DNA of 64,000 nt from an uncultured Candidatus Saccharibacteria bacterium. GTDB lineage: Bacteria > Patescibacteriota > Minisyncoccia > Minisyncoccales > GWA2-38-27. Location: contig CAZBLV010000010.1 in assembly GCA_964493085.1 (NCBI GenBank), positions 39,537-103,536 on the forward strand, in the 5' to 3' direction. The translations under genes and the position numbers were made by a program. Below, piece after piece: positions 8,878 through 17,916 of the stretch (the first letter of the stretch is position 1; the number at the start of each line of letters is the position of its first letter). The notes beneath the pieces were generated by a model that did not search any database, was not told the DNA's origin, and saw nothing but the letters and a program-made list of their open reading frames with translations.

Positions 8878-9683
8878 TATTGATTAAGCTTTAAAAGATT
8901 TTCTAAAAGGCAAGCCACAGTCAAAGGGCCCAATCCTCCGGGAACAGGAGTAATATAGCTGGCCTTTTCTGCCACCTCCTTAAAGGCTACGTCTCCTGCT
9001 AACTGGCCTTGCTCTAAAGAAGTGCCAGCGTCAATAACTACTGCCCCCTCTTTAACATTTTTTCCTTTAATTATGTTGGGCTTTCCTACGCCGGAAATTA
9101 TTATATCAGCCTTTGTTAAAAGATTTTTTGAATTTTCTCCGTTTTCTCTAACTATGAAGTAATCCGCCCCCTTTCTTTCCAGCCAGGCAGCCAAGGGCCT
9201 GCCTACCAGCCTTCCTTCTCCCACAAGCGCCACCTTTTTATTTTCTAAAAGAATATTATTCTCTTTAAAAAAATGGTTTACCGCCCCCACTACAGGCGGA
9301 AGAATCAAAGATCTTCCCGACTTAAAGGCTTCGAAAGCCTTCTTGGATAAAACATCCGGATCTTTTTTCTCGGGAATAGAGTTTAAGACTGCCTGGGAAT
9401 CAAACCGAGAAGGCAAAGGAAGCTGCACCACTGCTCCGCTGTTTCTTTCTGCTATTTTTTTAACTTCTTCTGACAATTTTTTCTGGCTTATCTCTTTAGT
9501 AAACTCAATCTTTTCCAGCTCTACTGACGCTAATTCGCAAGCTTTTTCTTTTTGCTTAATAAAGCTTCTGGAAGCAGGGCTCCCTCCGACAAGAACAATA
9601 GCCAAAGACAGCTTTTTCCCCTGTTCTTTTACCTTTTCCAGTATTCTCTTAGACAAAGTTTTTCCATCCAGTATTTCTGCCAT
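8877..9683 (-). CDS. folD: Bifunctional methylenetetrahydrofolate dehydrogenase/cyclohydrolase.
   Basis: MAEILDGKTLSKRI..., GKNVKEGAVVIDAG, PVPGGLGPLTVACLLENL. Confidence 0.9.
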   Translation of the reverse strand: MAEILDGKTLSKRILEKVKEQGKKLSLAIVLVGGSPASRSFIKQKEKACELASVELEKIEFTKEISQKKLSEEVKKIAERNSGAVVQLPLPSRFDSQAVLNSIPEKKDPDVLSKKAFEAFKSGRSLILPPVVGAVNHFFKENNILLENKKVALVGEGRLVGRPLAAWLERKGADYFIVRENGENSKNLLTKADIIISGVGKPNIIKGKNVKEGAVVIDAGTSLEQGQLAGDVAFKEVAEKASYITPVPGGLGPLTVACLLENLLKLNQ

Positions 9684-9688
9684 ATTAG

Positions 9689-10933
9689 TTAAGGAAGAGG
9701 AAATCTTTTACAAAAACTTTTCACTGCCTTTCTTGTTCTTGAAATATTTCTTTTGTCTGAAATCACTTCAGAAATCCAAAACGCTATTTTCTCCATTTCT
9801 TTTTCTTTCATCCCTCGGCTAGTAATGGCGGGCGTCCCGATCCGAAGGCCTGAAGGATTAAAGGGAGGGCTGGGATCAAAAGGTATTGCATTCTTATTGG
9901 TAGTAATGCCCGCTTTCTCAAGTCTTTCTTGGGCCTCTTTTCCAGAAATGTTTTTGCTCCTCAGGTCTATTAATAGCAAATGGTTGTCTGTTCCGCCTGT
10001 CACTAAATCAAACCCGTAGCCTACAAGCCCTTTACCCAATGCCTTGCAGTTTTTAACGATTTGTTTGGCATATTTGGCAAAAGCGGGAGAAGAAGCCTCT
10101 TTTAAGCAAACGGCAATGGCTGCAATAGCGTTCTCGTGGGGTCCGCCCTGAAGGCCGGGAAAAACTGCTTTGTTTATTTTTTTTGGCAAGTCCTTGTCTT
10201 TCCTTATTCCTTTTCTGGTAACCATTATCATCCCTCCCCTGGGCCCCCGAAGAGTTTTATGGGTAGTAGTGGTTACAATATGAACATAAGGGATAGGGCT
10301 TGGATGAGCTTTTCCTGCAACCAAGCCCGCGATATGGGCAATATCTGAAGCAAGATAAGCAGAAACAGAATCTGCTATTTTTCCTAATTTCTTCCAGTCA
10401 AAAACTCTTGGGTAGGCCGTTGCCCCGACCCAGATCAGTTTTGGCTTATACTTTTTCGCCAGTCTGGCAATCCGTTCATAGTCCAAAAGCAGAGATTTTT
10501 CATCTACCGTATACTGGACAGAGTTATAATATTTAGCAGAAAAATTGACTTTCCAGCCGTGGGTCAAGTGCCCTCCGTGAGCCAAATGCATGCCCATTAT
10601 TGTATCGCCCGGCCTGCAGGTGGCGAAATAAACTGCCTGGTTGGCAGGAGACCCGGAATAGGGCTGAACGTTTACGAAAGGAACTTTAAACAGCTTTTTT
10701 GCTCTTTCCCGGCAGAGGTCCTCTATTTTATCGTAATATTCAAGGCCCGCATAATACCTTTTGCCAGGATATCCTTCAGCATACTTGTCAGTCAGAAGAG
10801 AGCCGAGAACCTCCCTTACTTCGGGGGAGCTGTGGTTTTCAGAAGGTATCATTTCAAGAGAGGTTTTTTGCCTTTCTTTTTCTAGTTCTACTAATTTGGC
10901 AATTTGAGGGTCTTTTTTCTTAAGTTGCGCCAT
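9689..10933 (-). CDS. glyA: Serine hydroxymethyltransferase.
   Basis: LEMIPSENHSSPEVREVLGS, TDKYAEGYPGKRYYAG, and a PLP-lysine region (TTTTHKTLRGPRGG). Confidence 0.95.
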   Translation of the reverse strand: MAQLKKKDPQIAKLVELEKERQKTSLEMIPSENHSSPEVREVLGSLLTDKYAEGYPGKRYYAGLEYYDKIEDLCRERAKKLFKVPFVNVQPYSGSPANQAVYFATCRPGDTIMGMHLAHGGHLTHGWKVNFSAKYYNSVQYTVDEKSLLLDYERIARLAKKYKPKLIWVGATAYPRVFDWKKLGKIADSVSAYLASDIAHIAGLVAGKAHPSPIPYVHIVTTTTHKTLRGPRGGMIMVTRKGIRKDKDLPKKINKAVFPGLQGGPHENAIAAIAVCLKEASSPAFAKYAKQIVKNCKALGKGLVGYGFDLVTGGTDNHLLLIDLRSKNISGKEAQERLEKAGITTNKNAIPFDPSPPFNPSGLRIGTPAITSRGMKEKEMEKIAFWISEVISDKRNISRTRKAVKSFCKRFPLP

Positions 10934-11131
10934 TTTAAAAATGAATTTACTTTTATATACCTATAATATCACTATAATTCAAATTTTAAAACAGTTGCTT
11001 AAAACAGCTCCAAGCTAAACTGAAAAAACCTTCTTAATTTTGACTTTTTTATAAAATATCCTATGCTATAAAATAATAAGCGTACATTGACAACATAAAA
11101 CAAGGGCTAACAATTGCAGAAAGGAAGAAAA

Positions 11132-11728
11132 ATGGAAAGGAAAAGAAGGCTCGCCCTGATGTGGAAGTGGTCTCTGCTGACAGGAGGGCTGATCGCCCTG
11201 TTCTGGCTGATCTGGTATTTTGTTGCAGGCAGCGTGCCTGTGTTCCAAAGCGTCAAGATAGCGCCTGAATTGACGCTGGATCTTCCTTTTGGAATTTCCC
11301 GATGGTGGGATGTTTTAATGGGTCCTCTTTGGTCTGTAGTTTTGATATTTCTTCTCACTGGTAACTTCTTTTCTCCGCAAGAAGACGATAAAGAAGACCT
11401 GGTTTTCGGGCTGGTTTCTGGCCTGGCCTTCGGACTGGTTTCTGGCCTGGCCTTCGGGCTGGGCTTTGGGATGGTTTCTGGGCTGGCTTTCGGGCTGGGC
11501 TTTGGGCTGGTCGCTGGATTGGCTATTTGGCTGTCGTTCGGAATAGACTTCGGATTGGGATTCGGGCTGGGCTTTGGGCTGGTTCACGGATTGGCTTTCG
11601 GGCTGGGCTTTGGGCTAGGTCTCGGGCTGGGCTTCGGACTGGTCGCTGAATTGATCATAGGAATAATTTTTGCCCTGGAGTGGCTCTTTTCGCCAAAAAA
11701 AAGAGATGGAACGGCTAATTGGCTTTGA
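11132..11728 (+). CDS. Membrane protein with glycine-zipper (GLxFGLxx) tandem repeats, paralog A; high GC and preceded by an SD.
   Basis: MERKRRLALMWKWSLLTGGLIALFWLIW..., then (GLAFGLVS)n encoded by 24-bp tandem DNA repeats (11411-11458 perfect x2, degenerate to about 11660). SD gaaaggaag before the ATG at 11132. The track TTG start is at 11114. Confidence 0.5.
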   Translation: MERKRRLALMWKWSLLTGGLIALFWLIWYFVAGSVPVFQSVKIAPELTLDLPFGISRWWDVLMGPLWSVVLIFLLTGNFFSPQEDDKEDLVFGLVSGLAFGLVSGLAFGLGFGMVSGLAFGLGFGLVAGLAIWLSFGIDFGLGFGLGFGLVHGLAFGLGFGLGLGLGFGLVAELIIGIIFALEWLFSPKKRDGTANWL

Positions 11729-11754
11729 ATGAAGAAAAATTAACTCATCTAAAA

Positions 11755-11790
11755 GCCTGTTCAATGAATGCTGAACAGGCCTCTTTTTTT
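11755..11790 (+). terminator. Rho-independent terminator of paralog A.
   Basis: gcctgttca-atgaatgc-tgaacaggc followed by ctcttttttt. Confidence 0.7.
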
Positions 11791-11801
11791 GTCCAAAAGC
11801 G

Positions 11802-13178
11802 CTATTTTCTCCTTCTGATAATTTTTGGTTTGTCTTTGCTAAAATCAACAACGGTTGAGGGATTGCTGTAAGGCAGATTGCCGGCGGATAAAATCAAGGT
11901 CGGCCTTATTTCTCGGTCTTCGAAATATCTAAACACTTCTTCTATCCTAAGAGCAGAGGGGTGGCCCGAGATATTGGCCGAAGTGCCTGTCAAAGGTTTT
12001 TTAAACTTGTCCGCTATATCCCTGACTAATTTGCAGTCCGGAATCCTTAATCCTATGGTTTTCTTGCCAGCATAAATCTGCTTTGCTAAGCCAGTGTTCT
12101 TTTTTCTAATTAAGGCCACCGTTATTTTCCCAGGCCAAATCTCACCTAAAAACATTGTCATTTCTTTGTCCATCTTTGCATATTTTTTAGCAGCTTTCAT
12201 GTCTTTCACAAAAACAGATACTGCTTTTTTTCTGCTTCTTCCTTTTATCTTAAAAAGCTTTTCTACTGCCTCTTTGTTGGTGGCGTCAGCTAAAAGACCG
12301 TAAACGGTGTCTGTGGGGCAGACTACAACCTGGCCTCTCTTTAAATAATCCACCGCCTTGTCAACTGCTGCCGGAGATTTGGCAGAAACAACTTCAAACC
12401 TTCTGTTGCGCCAGAAAAGCTTTTTAAATTTTTTAAAGGATTTCAATAAATAAGAGACCTGGATTATGTCGGCCGGATTGCCAAAATCTACCCAAAAATC
12501 CTTTATTCTTTTAATCTTAACTTTTTTCTTTTTTGCCAGCAGGTTTATAGCATCTGTAATCTCATATTCTCCCCGGGGAGATTTTTTGATCTTGTTTAAT
12601 TTATCGAAAACTTCAGGAGTAAATTTATAAAGACCGGTATTGACCAGATGGCTTATAAATTTTTTCGGTTTCTCTACAATCTTTTTCAAAAATCCGTTTT
12701 CTTCCACCAAGACTCCGTATTTTTCCGGGTGCTTTCTCCAAGTTCCGGCAACAAAGCAATGCTTACCCTCCTTTCCCATTGCCCTTAGGTCGTCTACGGA
12801 GTAAAGATTATCCCCGCATAAATAAACAAATGACTTGTTCTTTAAGAGCTCTTTGGCACACATTAAAGGACAGGCTGTGCCGTATATCTTTTCTTTAGGA
12901 CCCAAAATATTGTATTGGCTTACCGTCTTTATCTTGTACTGGTTTTCTTTCAAGCTTTTAAGAGGTAGCTTGTATTTTTTTATAAAATCTTCGATAAGCT
13001 CTTCTTTGTATCCTGTCACCAGAAATATTTCCCGGTAGCCGGCCCAAAAAAGGTTATCCAGAAGATAAGCCAAAAAGGGTCTTTTTTTAACCCTTATCAA
13101 ATGTTTGCTTTTTTTGTTTGTCAGGTGCAGCATGCGGGTTCCTTCCCCGGCCGCTGCGATTACTGCTCTCTTGAGCAT
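11802..13178 (-). CDS. Fusion protein: N-terminal sugar-1-phosphate nucleotidyltransferase domain plus C-terminal L-threonylcarbamoyladenylate synthase (TsaC/YrdC/Sua5) domain.
   Basis: N-terminus AAGEGTRM...GDNLY...EKP...NTGLYKF...EYEITD (RmlA/GalU-like). C-terminus VVVCPTDTVYGLLADATNKEAVEKLFKIKGRSRKKAVSVFV...TGTSANISG (YrdC signature). Single uninterrupted ORF. Confidence 0.6.
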   Translation of the reverse strand: MLKRAVIAAAGEGTRMLHLTNKKSKHLIRVKKRPFLAYLLDNLFWAGYREIFLVTGYKEELIEDFIKKYKLPLKSLKENQYKIKTVSQYNILGPKEKIYGTACPLMCAKELLKNKSFVYLCGDNLYSVDDLRAMGKEGKHCFVAGTWRKHPEKYGVLVEENGFLKKIVEKPKKFISHLVNTGLYKFTPEVFDKLNKIKKSPRGEYEITDAINLLAKKKKVKIKRIKDFWVDFGNPADIIQVSYLLKSFKKFKKLFWRNRRFEVVSAKSPAAVDKAVDYLKRGQVVVCPTDTVYGLLADATNKEAVEKLFKIKGRSRKKAVSVFVKDMKAAKKYAKMDKEMTMFLGEIWPGKITVALIRKKNTGLAKQIYAGKKTIGLRIPDCKLVRDIADKFKKPLTGTSANISGHPSALRIEEVFRYFEDREIRPTLILSAGNLPYSNPSTVVDFSKDKPKIIRRRK

Positions 13179-13180
13179 AA

Positions 13181-13744
13181 TTACGAAGCAAGCTTAATGG
13201 CTTTTTTGTTGATTTCAGAATACTTTGGGGGAATTACGTTCAAAATTCCTTTTTCTATTGACTCTGGCCGAAGGGGAAGCAAATTGTTAAAGGCTGCGTA
13301 AGCTAAAAGATAGACTCCGCTGACTACTTCCTTGCCTAATTCTTTTTTACACAATTCTGATGCTGGAACTAAATAGAGGTTGTTTTTTGCAATTTCTTTT
13401 AACTTTTTTTCGGTTTTCTCTTTAGGCCAAGATCCCTCAAAGGCAAGATAGAAGTCATTGACTAAAAAAAGGGTGTCTTTGTTGGCGTAAGAAACAGTCC
13501 TTAAGCTCTCAAAGGCCTCTAAAGCTATTATTAAATCAGCTGTCTGCTGCTGAATAAGGGGGGAATCTACTTTGTCTCCGATCTTAATGTGGGTCTCTAC
13601 GCTTCCTCCCCTCTGCGACAAACCGTGGAGTTCTGAAGTTTTAACGTCAACTCCTTCCGCTAAAGCGGCTTCTGCTATCATCTTGGTCAAAGTAATTAAT
13701 CCCTGCCCACCTGTTCCCGAAATAATAATGTTAAAGTTTTTCAT
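13181..13744 (-). CDS. iorB: 2-oxoacid:ferredoxin oxidoreductase gamma-type subunit (IorB/PorG-like).
   Basis: MKNFNIIISGTGGQGLITLTKMIAEAA...VKTSELHGLSQRGGSV. Confidence 0.75.
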   Translation of the reverse strand: MKNFNIIISGTGGQGLITLTKMIAEAALAEGVDVKTSELHGLSQRGGSVETHIKIGDKVDSPLIQQQTADLIIALEAFESLRTVSYANKDTLFLVNDFYLAFEGSWPKEKTEKKLKEIAKNNLYLVPASELCKKELGKEVVSGVYLLAYAAFNNLLPLRPESIEKGILNVIPPKYSEINKKAIKLAS

Positions 13745-13745
13745 A

Positions 13746-15347
13746 TTAAATCTGAATGCAAGGCCTCTTGACTACAATAACAGAGGCTGTTTTCTTTTTA
13801 GCAAAATTTTTTATTGTTTTTTGCAATTCTTCAATCTGGGAAGGGTCTATTGTTCTTGTGTTTTTTACGCCACAGGCCTTAGCTACCTTCTCGATTTCGA
13901 TTTCTTCTGTAGCTTCTCCCATACCGGTTTTTCCCATGCCAGGGTTCGGCTGGTGGCCTGTCATAGCGGTAATTCTGTTATCCATAACAATGATTAAGGG
14001 ATCGGATTTGTTGAAAACAGAATTAACCAAAGCAGGAATGCCTGCATGAAAAAACGTAGAATCCCCTATAAAAGCTATTACTTTTTGGTTTGTGCTCTTC
14101 CCTATGCCATGCCCTATTCCGACAGAAGAACCCATGCAAAGAAGATAATCCTGAAGATTATGAGGCGGAAAGCCGGCCAGCATATAGCATCCGATGTCTC
14201 CTCCGTAAATTGCCCCCTTGGGAGCTGATTTTTTTACGGCAGAAAAAACAAGCCAGTAGGGACACCCCGGGCATAATCTTGGAAACCTTATCGGAAGATC
14301 CAGCTTTTTTTCCTTTGGGGAAGAATACTTTTTGCCTGAAAACTCGGCCAGAGCTTTTTCAGCCTTTTCAGGACTAAGTTCTCCGGTCACAGGAAGCAAG
14401 TCCTTTCCTGTCACTTCTACCTTCAAGTTCTTTGCTATTATTTTAACCTCTTTTTCAAGAAAAGGCTCCAGCTCTTCTACTATTAAAACCTTGTCCAAAC
14501 TTTTGACAAAATCTTTTATTTTCTTGGCAGGCAATGGATAGAAAAAACCAATCTTTAAAACAGGCGCCTCCAGTCCTATTCTCTTCATTGCTTCTTTGAC
14601 ATGCAAATAAGAAATCCCGGAAGTAATTATTCCTATTTTGCCGTTTCCTGAACTTTCTGAAAAATTAAGTTTGCTTTTTTCCGCCATCTCTTGTATCTTT
14701 TTCATCTTGTCTAAAAGCTCTTCTTTCATTTCCAGAACGCGGGGCGGCATGGTCACGAACTGGTTAAAATCCTTTACAAACTTGCCTTTCTTGGCCGGTT
14801 TTTTAGAGGCAACCCTGCCTATTTCTACGGGCATTCTCTGATGGGCCACTCTAGTGGTAGTTCTTACTATTACTGGAATTTTGAACCGCTCTGAAATTTC
14901 AAAAGCTTCTTTGATAAAATCCTTGGCTTCCTGGGCGTCAGAAGGCTCCAAGACAGGAACATGGGACAAATAAGCATAAGCTCTGGTATTCTGCTCTGAC
15001 TGGCCGGAGCTCCAGCAGGAAGGATCGTCTGCTACCAGAATAACCGTCGCTCCCTTAGCTCCGGTATAGGCAAAAGGATTCAGGGCTTCTACAGCAACAT
15101 TTACCCCAAAATGCTTCATTGAGACCAGGCATTTCAACCCTGAAAAACTGGCGCCAATGGCAGCCTCTAGGGCCACTTTTTCATTAGTAGAAAATTCAAA
15201 ATATATGCCGTGTTTTTCGGCTATTTTCCCGAAGATATCCCCTATTTCGGAACTGGGGGTTCCGGGATAAGCTGAAACAAAATCAACTCCCGCTTCCAGA
15301 GCTCCCTGAACTATTGCTTCGTTTCCTAGTAAGATTTCCTTTTTCAT
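13746..15347 (-). CDS. iorA: Indolepyruvate/2-oxoacid:ferredoxin oxidoreductase alpha subunit (TPP-binding), without a C-terminal ferredoxin domain.
   Basis: N-terminal pyrimidine-binding domain, CPGCPY motif, and GDIGCY...GDSTFFHAG TPP-binding region. Confidence 0.75.
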   Translation of the reverse strand: MKKEILLGNEAIVQGALEAGVDFVSAYPGTPSSEIGDIFGKIAEKHGIYFEFSTNEKVALEAAIGASFSGLKCLVSMKHFGVNVAVEALNPFAYTGAKGATVILVADDPSCWSSGQSEQNTRAYAYLSHVPVLEPSDAQEAKDFIKEAFEISERFKIPVIVRTTTRVAHQRMPVEIGRVASKKPAKKGKFVKDFNQFVTMPPRVLEMKEELLDKMKKIQEMAEKSKLNFSESSGNGKIGIITSGISYLHVKEAMKRIGLEAPVLKIGFFYPLPAKKIKDFVKSLDKVLIVEELEPFLEKEVKIIAKNLKVEVTGKDLLPVTGELSPEKAEKALAEFSGKKYSSPKEKKLDLPIRFPRLCPGCPYWLVFSAVKKSAPKGAIYGGDIGCYMLAGFPPHNLQDYLLCMGSSVGIGHGIGKSTNQKVIAFIGDSTFFHAGIPALVNSVFNKSDPLIIVMDNRITAMTGHQPNPGMGKTGMGEATEEIEIEKVAKACGVKNTRTIDPSQIEELQKTIKNFAKKKTASVIVVKRPCIQI

Positions 15348-15396
15348 GTATTTTGCATAATAACACTTTTAGGACAACAATAAAATATTGCTGCTT

Positions 15397-17793
15397 CTAA
15401 ACGACAATATTAATCAGCTTATTAGGAATAAAGAAAACTTTTTTAATTTTTTTCCCTTGTGTCAGCTTTTTTATTCTTTTAGAAGAAAACGCTCTTTCTT
15501 CTGCCTCTTTTTGGCTTATGTCCTTTTTAACTTCTATCTTGTCTCTAACTTTGCCGCTTATCTGAATAACCAGAGTTATTTGTTCCTCTTCTGTTAATTT
15601 TTGGTCATATTTTGGCCACTTTTGGCAGCAACAAAGACCCTTTGAGCCAGTTGCTTGCCAAAGCTCTTCTGTAATGTGGGGAGCAAAAGGAGAAAGAATT
15701 TTCAAGAATTCTTGGAAATCTTTTTTAGAGATTTCCTCTTCCTGGCAGACATTGACAAATTCCATTAAAGAACTGATCGCCGTGTTAAACTTCATGCTCT
15801 CAATGTCTTCTGAAACTTTTTTGATTGTCTTGTGAAGAGACTTTTTCACCTTTAAAGAAGACTCTTCTTTGACGCTGTCCCCTGTCTTCCAAGCCTTTCT
15901 CAAGAATCTTTTCGCCCCGATCAGGCCTTTGGTATCCCAGGGAATCATCTGCTCAAAGGGTCCCATAAACATTTCATAAATTCTTAAAGTGTCTGTTCCG
16001 TATTTTTTCCTTACGTCTTCTGGGTTTACAACGTTTCCCTTGGATTTTGACATTTTAATGCCTCCTTCCCCGAGAATTATGCCGTGAGAAGTCCTTTTGG
16101 CATAAGGTTCGGGCCCTATAGATTTTGGAATGGCTCCAATCTCCCATAAAAATTTAAATATGAAACGGGAATAAAGCAGATGAAGAGTAGTGTGTTCCAT
16201 TCCTCCGTTATACCAGTCAATCGGCATCCAATACTTAAGCAGATTGTTATCGGCAATCTTTTTATTGTTGCTTGGATCGCAGTAGCGGAGATAATACCAG
16301 TTAGACCCCGCCCAATTTGGCATAACGTCTGTTTCCCTGCGGGCTTCCCCTCCGCACAAAGGGCACTTGGCAGAAACCCAGTTCTTCGCTTTAGCTAAGG
16401 GCGATTCTCCTTCTTCTGTGGGCCTGTACTCTTTGACTTCTGGCAATTCCACAGGCAGATCTTTTTCCGGGACAGAAACCCAGCCGCACTTCTTGCAATA
16501 GATCATGGGAATAGGTTCTCCCCAATAGCGCTGGCGGGAAAAAATCCAGTCCCTTAATTTGTAACAAACAGACTTTTTTCCTAATCCTTTTTCAGAAAGC
16601 CAGTCGCTGATCTTAAGTGAGGCCTTTTCAGAATCGAGGCCGTCAAACTTTCCGGAATTAACAAGAGGTCCTGCTCCTTCATAGGCTTCTTTTTCGGGAT
16701 CTCCCCCCTTAATAACTTCCACAACAGGAAGACTGTGTTTCCGGGCGAAGTCTAAATCTCTTTGGTCATGGGCTGGAACCGCCATTATGGCGCCTGTGCC
16801 GTAGTTGATCAAAACATAGTCTGCAACAAAAATAGGAATCTTTTTTTTGTTAACAGGATTCTCTGCTTTCAGGCCCTTAAGCTCCACCCCGGTCTTCTCT
16901 TTGTCTTCAGCCAGTCTTTCCTTCTCGGGCTTTAGCTTGGTTTTTTCTGCGTAGTCTTTGACTTCTTTAAAGTTTTCTATTTTGTCTTTCAGTTTTTCTA
17001 TTAAAGGGTGCTCCGGAGCTAAAACCAAATAAGTGCATCCAAATAAGGTATCCGGCCTTGTAGTAAAAACATTGACAAAGGTGTCAGAAACAGAAAACTT
17101 AATTTCTGTCCCTTGGCTTTTCCCAATCCATTCTTTCTGCAAAACTTTCACTCTCTCCGGATAGTCCACCTTTTCCAGGTCTTTCAACAGTCTGTCTGCA
17201 TACTTGGTAATTTTCAGCAGCCATTGCTCTTTTTCTTTTTTAACCACTTGTTCCCCGCATCTTTCGCATTTACCGCCCGTTGCCTCTTCGTTAGCTAAGC
17301 CGATCTTGCAAGAAGGGCACCAGTTAATAGGTATCTTTCTCTTATAGGCCAATCCTTTTTTAAATAGCTGGACAAATATCCATTGGGTCCATTTATAGTA
17401 TTTAGGGTCAGAGGTATTTACCTCTCTTGCCCAGTCAAAAGAAAGCCCCAGTCTTTTTTGCTGTTCTTTAAATGTTTTTGTGTTTTTTTCAGTAACTTTT
17501 GCCGGATGAATTCCTGTCTTAACGGCATAGTTTTCAGTGGGAAGGCCGAAGGCGTCCCAGCCCATGGGAAAAAGAACATTAAATCCTTCCATTCTTTTCT
17601 TACGGCAGACAATATCCATTCCTACATAGCTTCTGCAGTGGCCGACATGAAGGCCGGATCCTGAAGGATAGGGAAATTCAACCAAAGCATAAAATTTGGG
17701 GTCTGGGGAATTGTCTTTAGCTCTGAAGCATTTCTCTTGTTCCCATTTTTTCTGCCATTTCCTTTCAATTATTTCGGGGTTGTATTCTTTCAT
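15397..17793 (-). CDS. leuS: Leucyl-tRNA synthetase.
   Basis: MKEYNPEIIERKWQKKW, HVGH, CP1 editing domain, KMSKSKGN. The 36-aa track extension (start 17901) was trimmed to the ATG at 17793. Confidence 0.95.
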   Translation of the reverse strand: MKEYNPEIIERKWQKKWEQEKCFRAKDNSPDPKFYALVEFPYPSGSGLHVGHCRSYVGMDIVCRKKRMEGFNVLFPMGWDAFGLPTENYAVKTGIHPAKVTEKNTKTFKEQQKRLGLSFDWAREVNTSDPKYYKWTQWIFVQLFKKGLAYKRKIPINWCPSCKIGLANEEATGGKCERCGEQVVKKEKEQWLLKITKYADRLLKDLEKVDYPERVKVLQKEWIGKSQGTEIKFSVSDTFVNVFTTRPDTLFGCTYLVLAPEHPLIEKLKDKIENFKEVKDYAEKTKLKPEKERLAEDKEKTGVELKGLKAENPVNKKKIPIFVADYVLINYGTGAIMAVPAHDQRDLDFARKHSLPVVEVIKGGDPEKEAYEGAGPLVNSGKFDGLDSEKASLKISDWLSEKGLGKKSVCYKLRDWIFSRQRYWGEPIPMIYCKKCGWVSVPEKDLPVELPEVKEYRPTEEGESPLAKAKNWVSAKCPLCGGEARRETDVMPNWAGSNWYYLRYCDPSNNKKIADNNLLKYWMPIDWYNGGMEHTTLHLLYSRFIFKFLWEIGAIPKSIGPEPYAKRTSHGIILGEGGIKMSKSKGNVVNPEDVRKKYGTDTLRIYEMFMGPFEQMIPWDTKGLIGAKRFLRKAWKTGDSVKEESSLKVKKSLHKTIKKVSEDIESMKFNTAISSLMEFVNVCQEEEISKKDFQEFLKILSPFAPHITEELWQATGSKGLCCCQKWPKYDQKLTEEEQITLVIQISGKVRDKIEVKKDISQKEAEERAFSSKRIKKLTQGKKIKKVFFIPNKLINIVV

Positions 17794-17916
17794 ATAATAA
17801 TTGATGGTATCATATTTTAAATTATGAAAAAAGTTGTCCGATCGCAAAATGCCTGAAGCAGATGCTTTATTCTTGAAAAATGTGATTTTCTGCAAACTCA
17901 AGCAATCGTCTGGGTC

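Noticed and set aside
11400-11660. CRISPR array.
   Set aside because: The only regular tandem repeats are 12/24-bp in-frame coding repeats inside the glycine-zipper protein. They have no spacers and there are no cas genes.
15397-17901. Long N-terminal extensions of several ORF-track entries (leuS to 17901, ileS to 31734, uvrA to 50554, groES to 47638, rnj from 55726, trpS from 57431, uvrC from 51231, the trx-like gene to 19435).
   Set aside because: The extensions begin at TTG or other alternative starts, cover promoters, terminators, a tRNA or a CIRCE operator, and are not conserved in homologues. Coordinates were trimmed to the conserved ATG starts.
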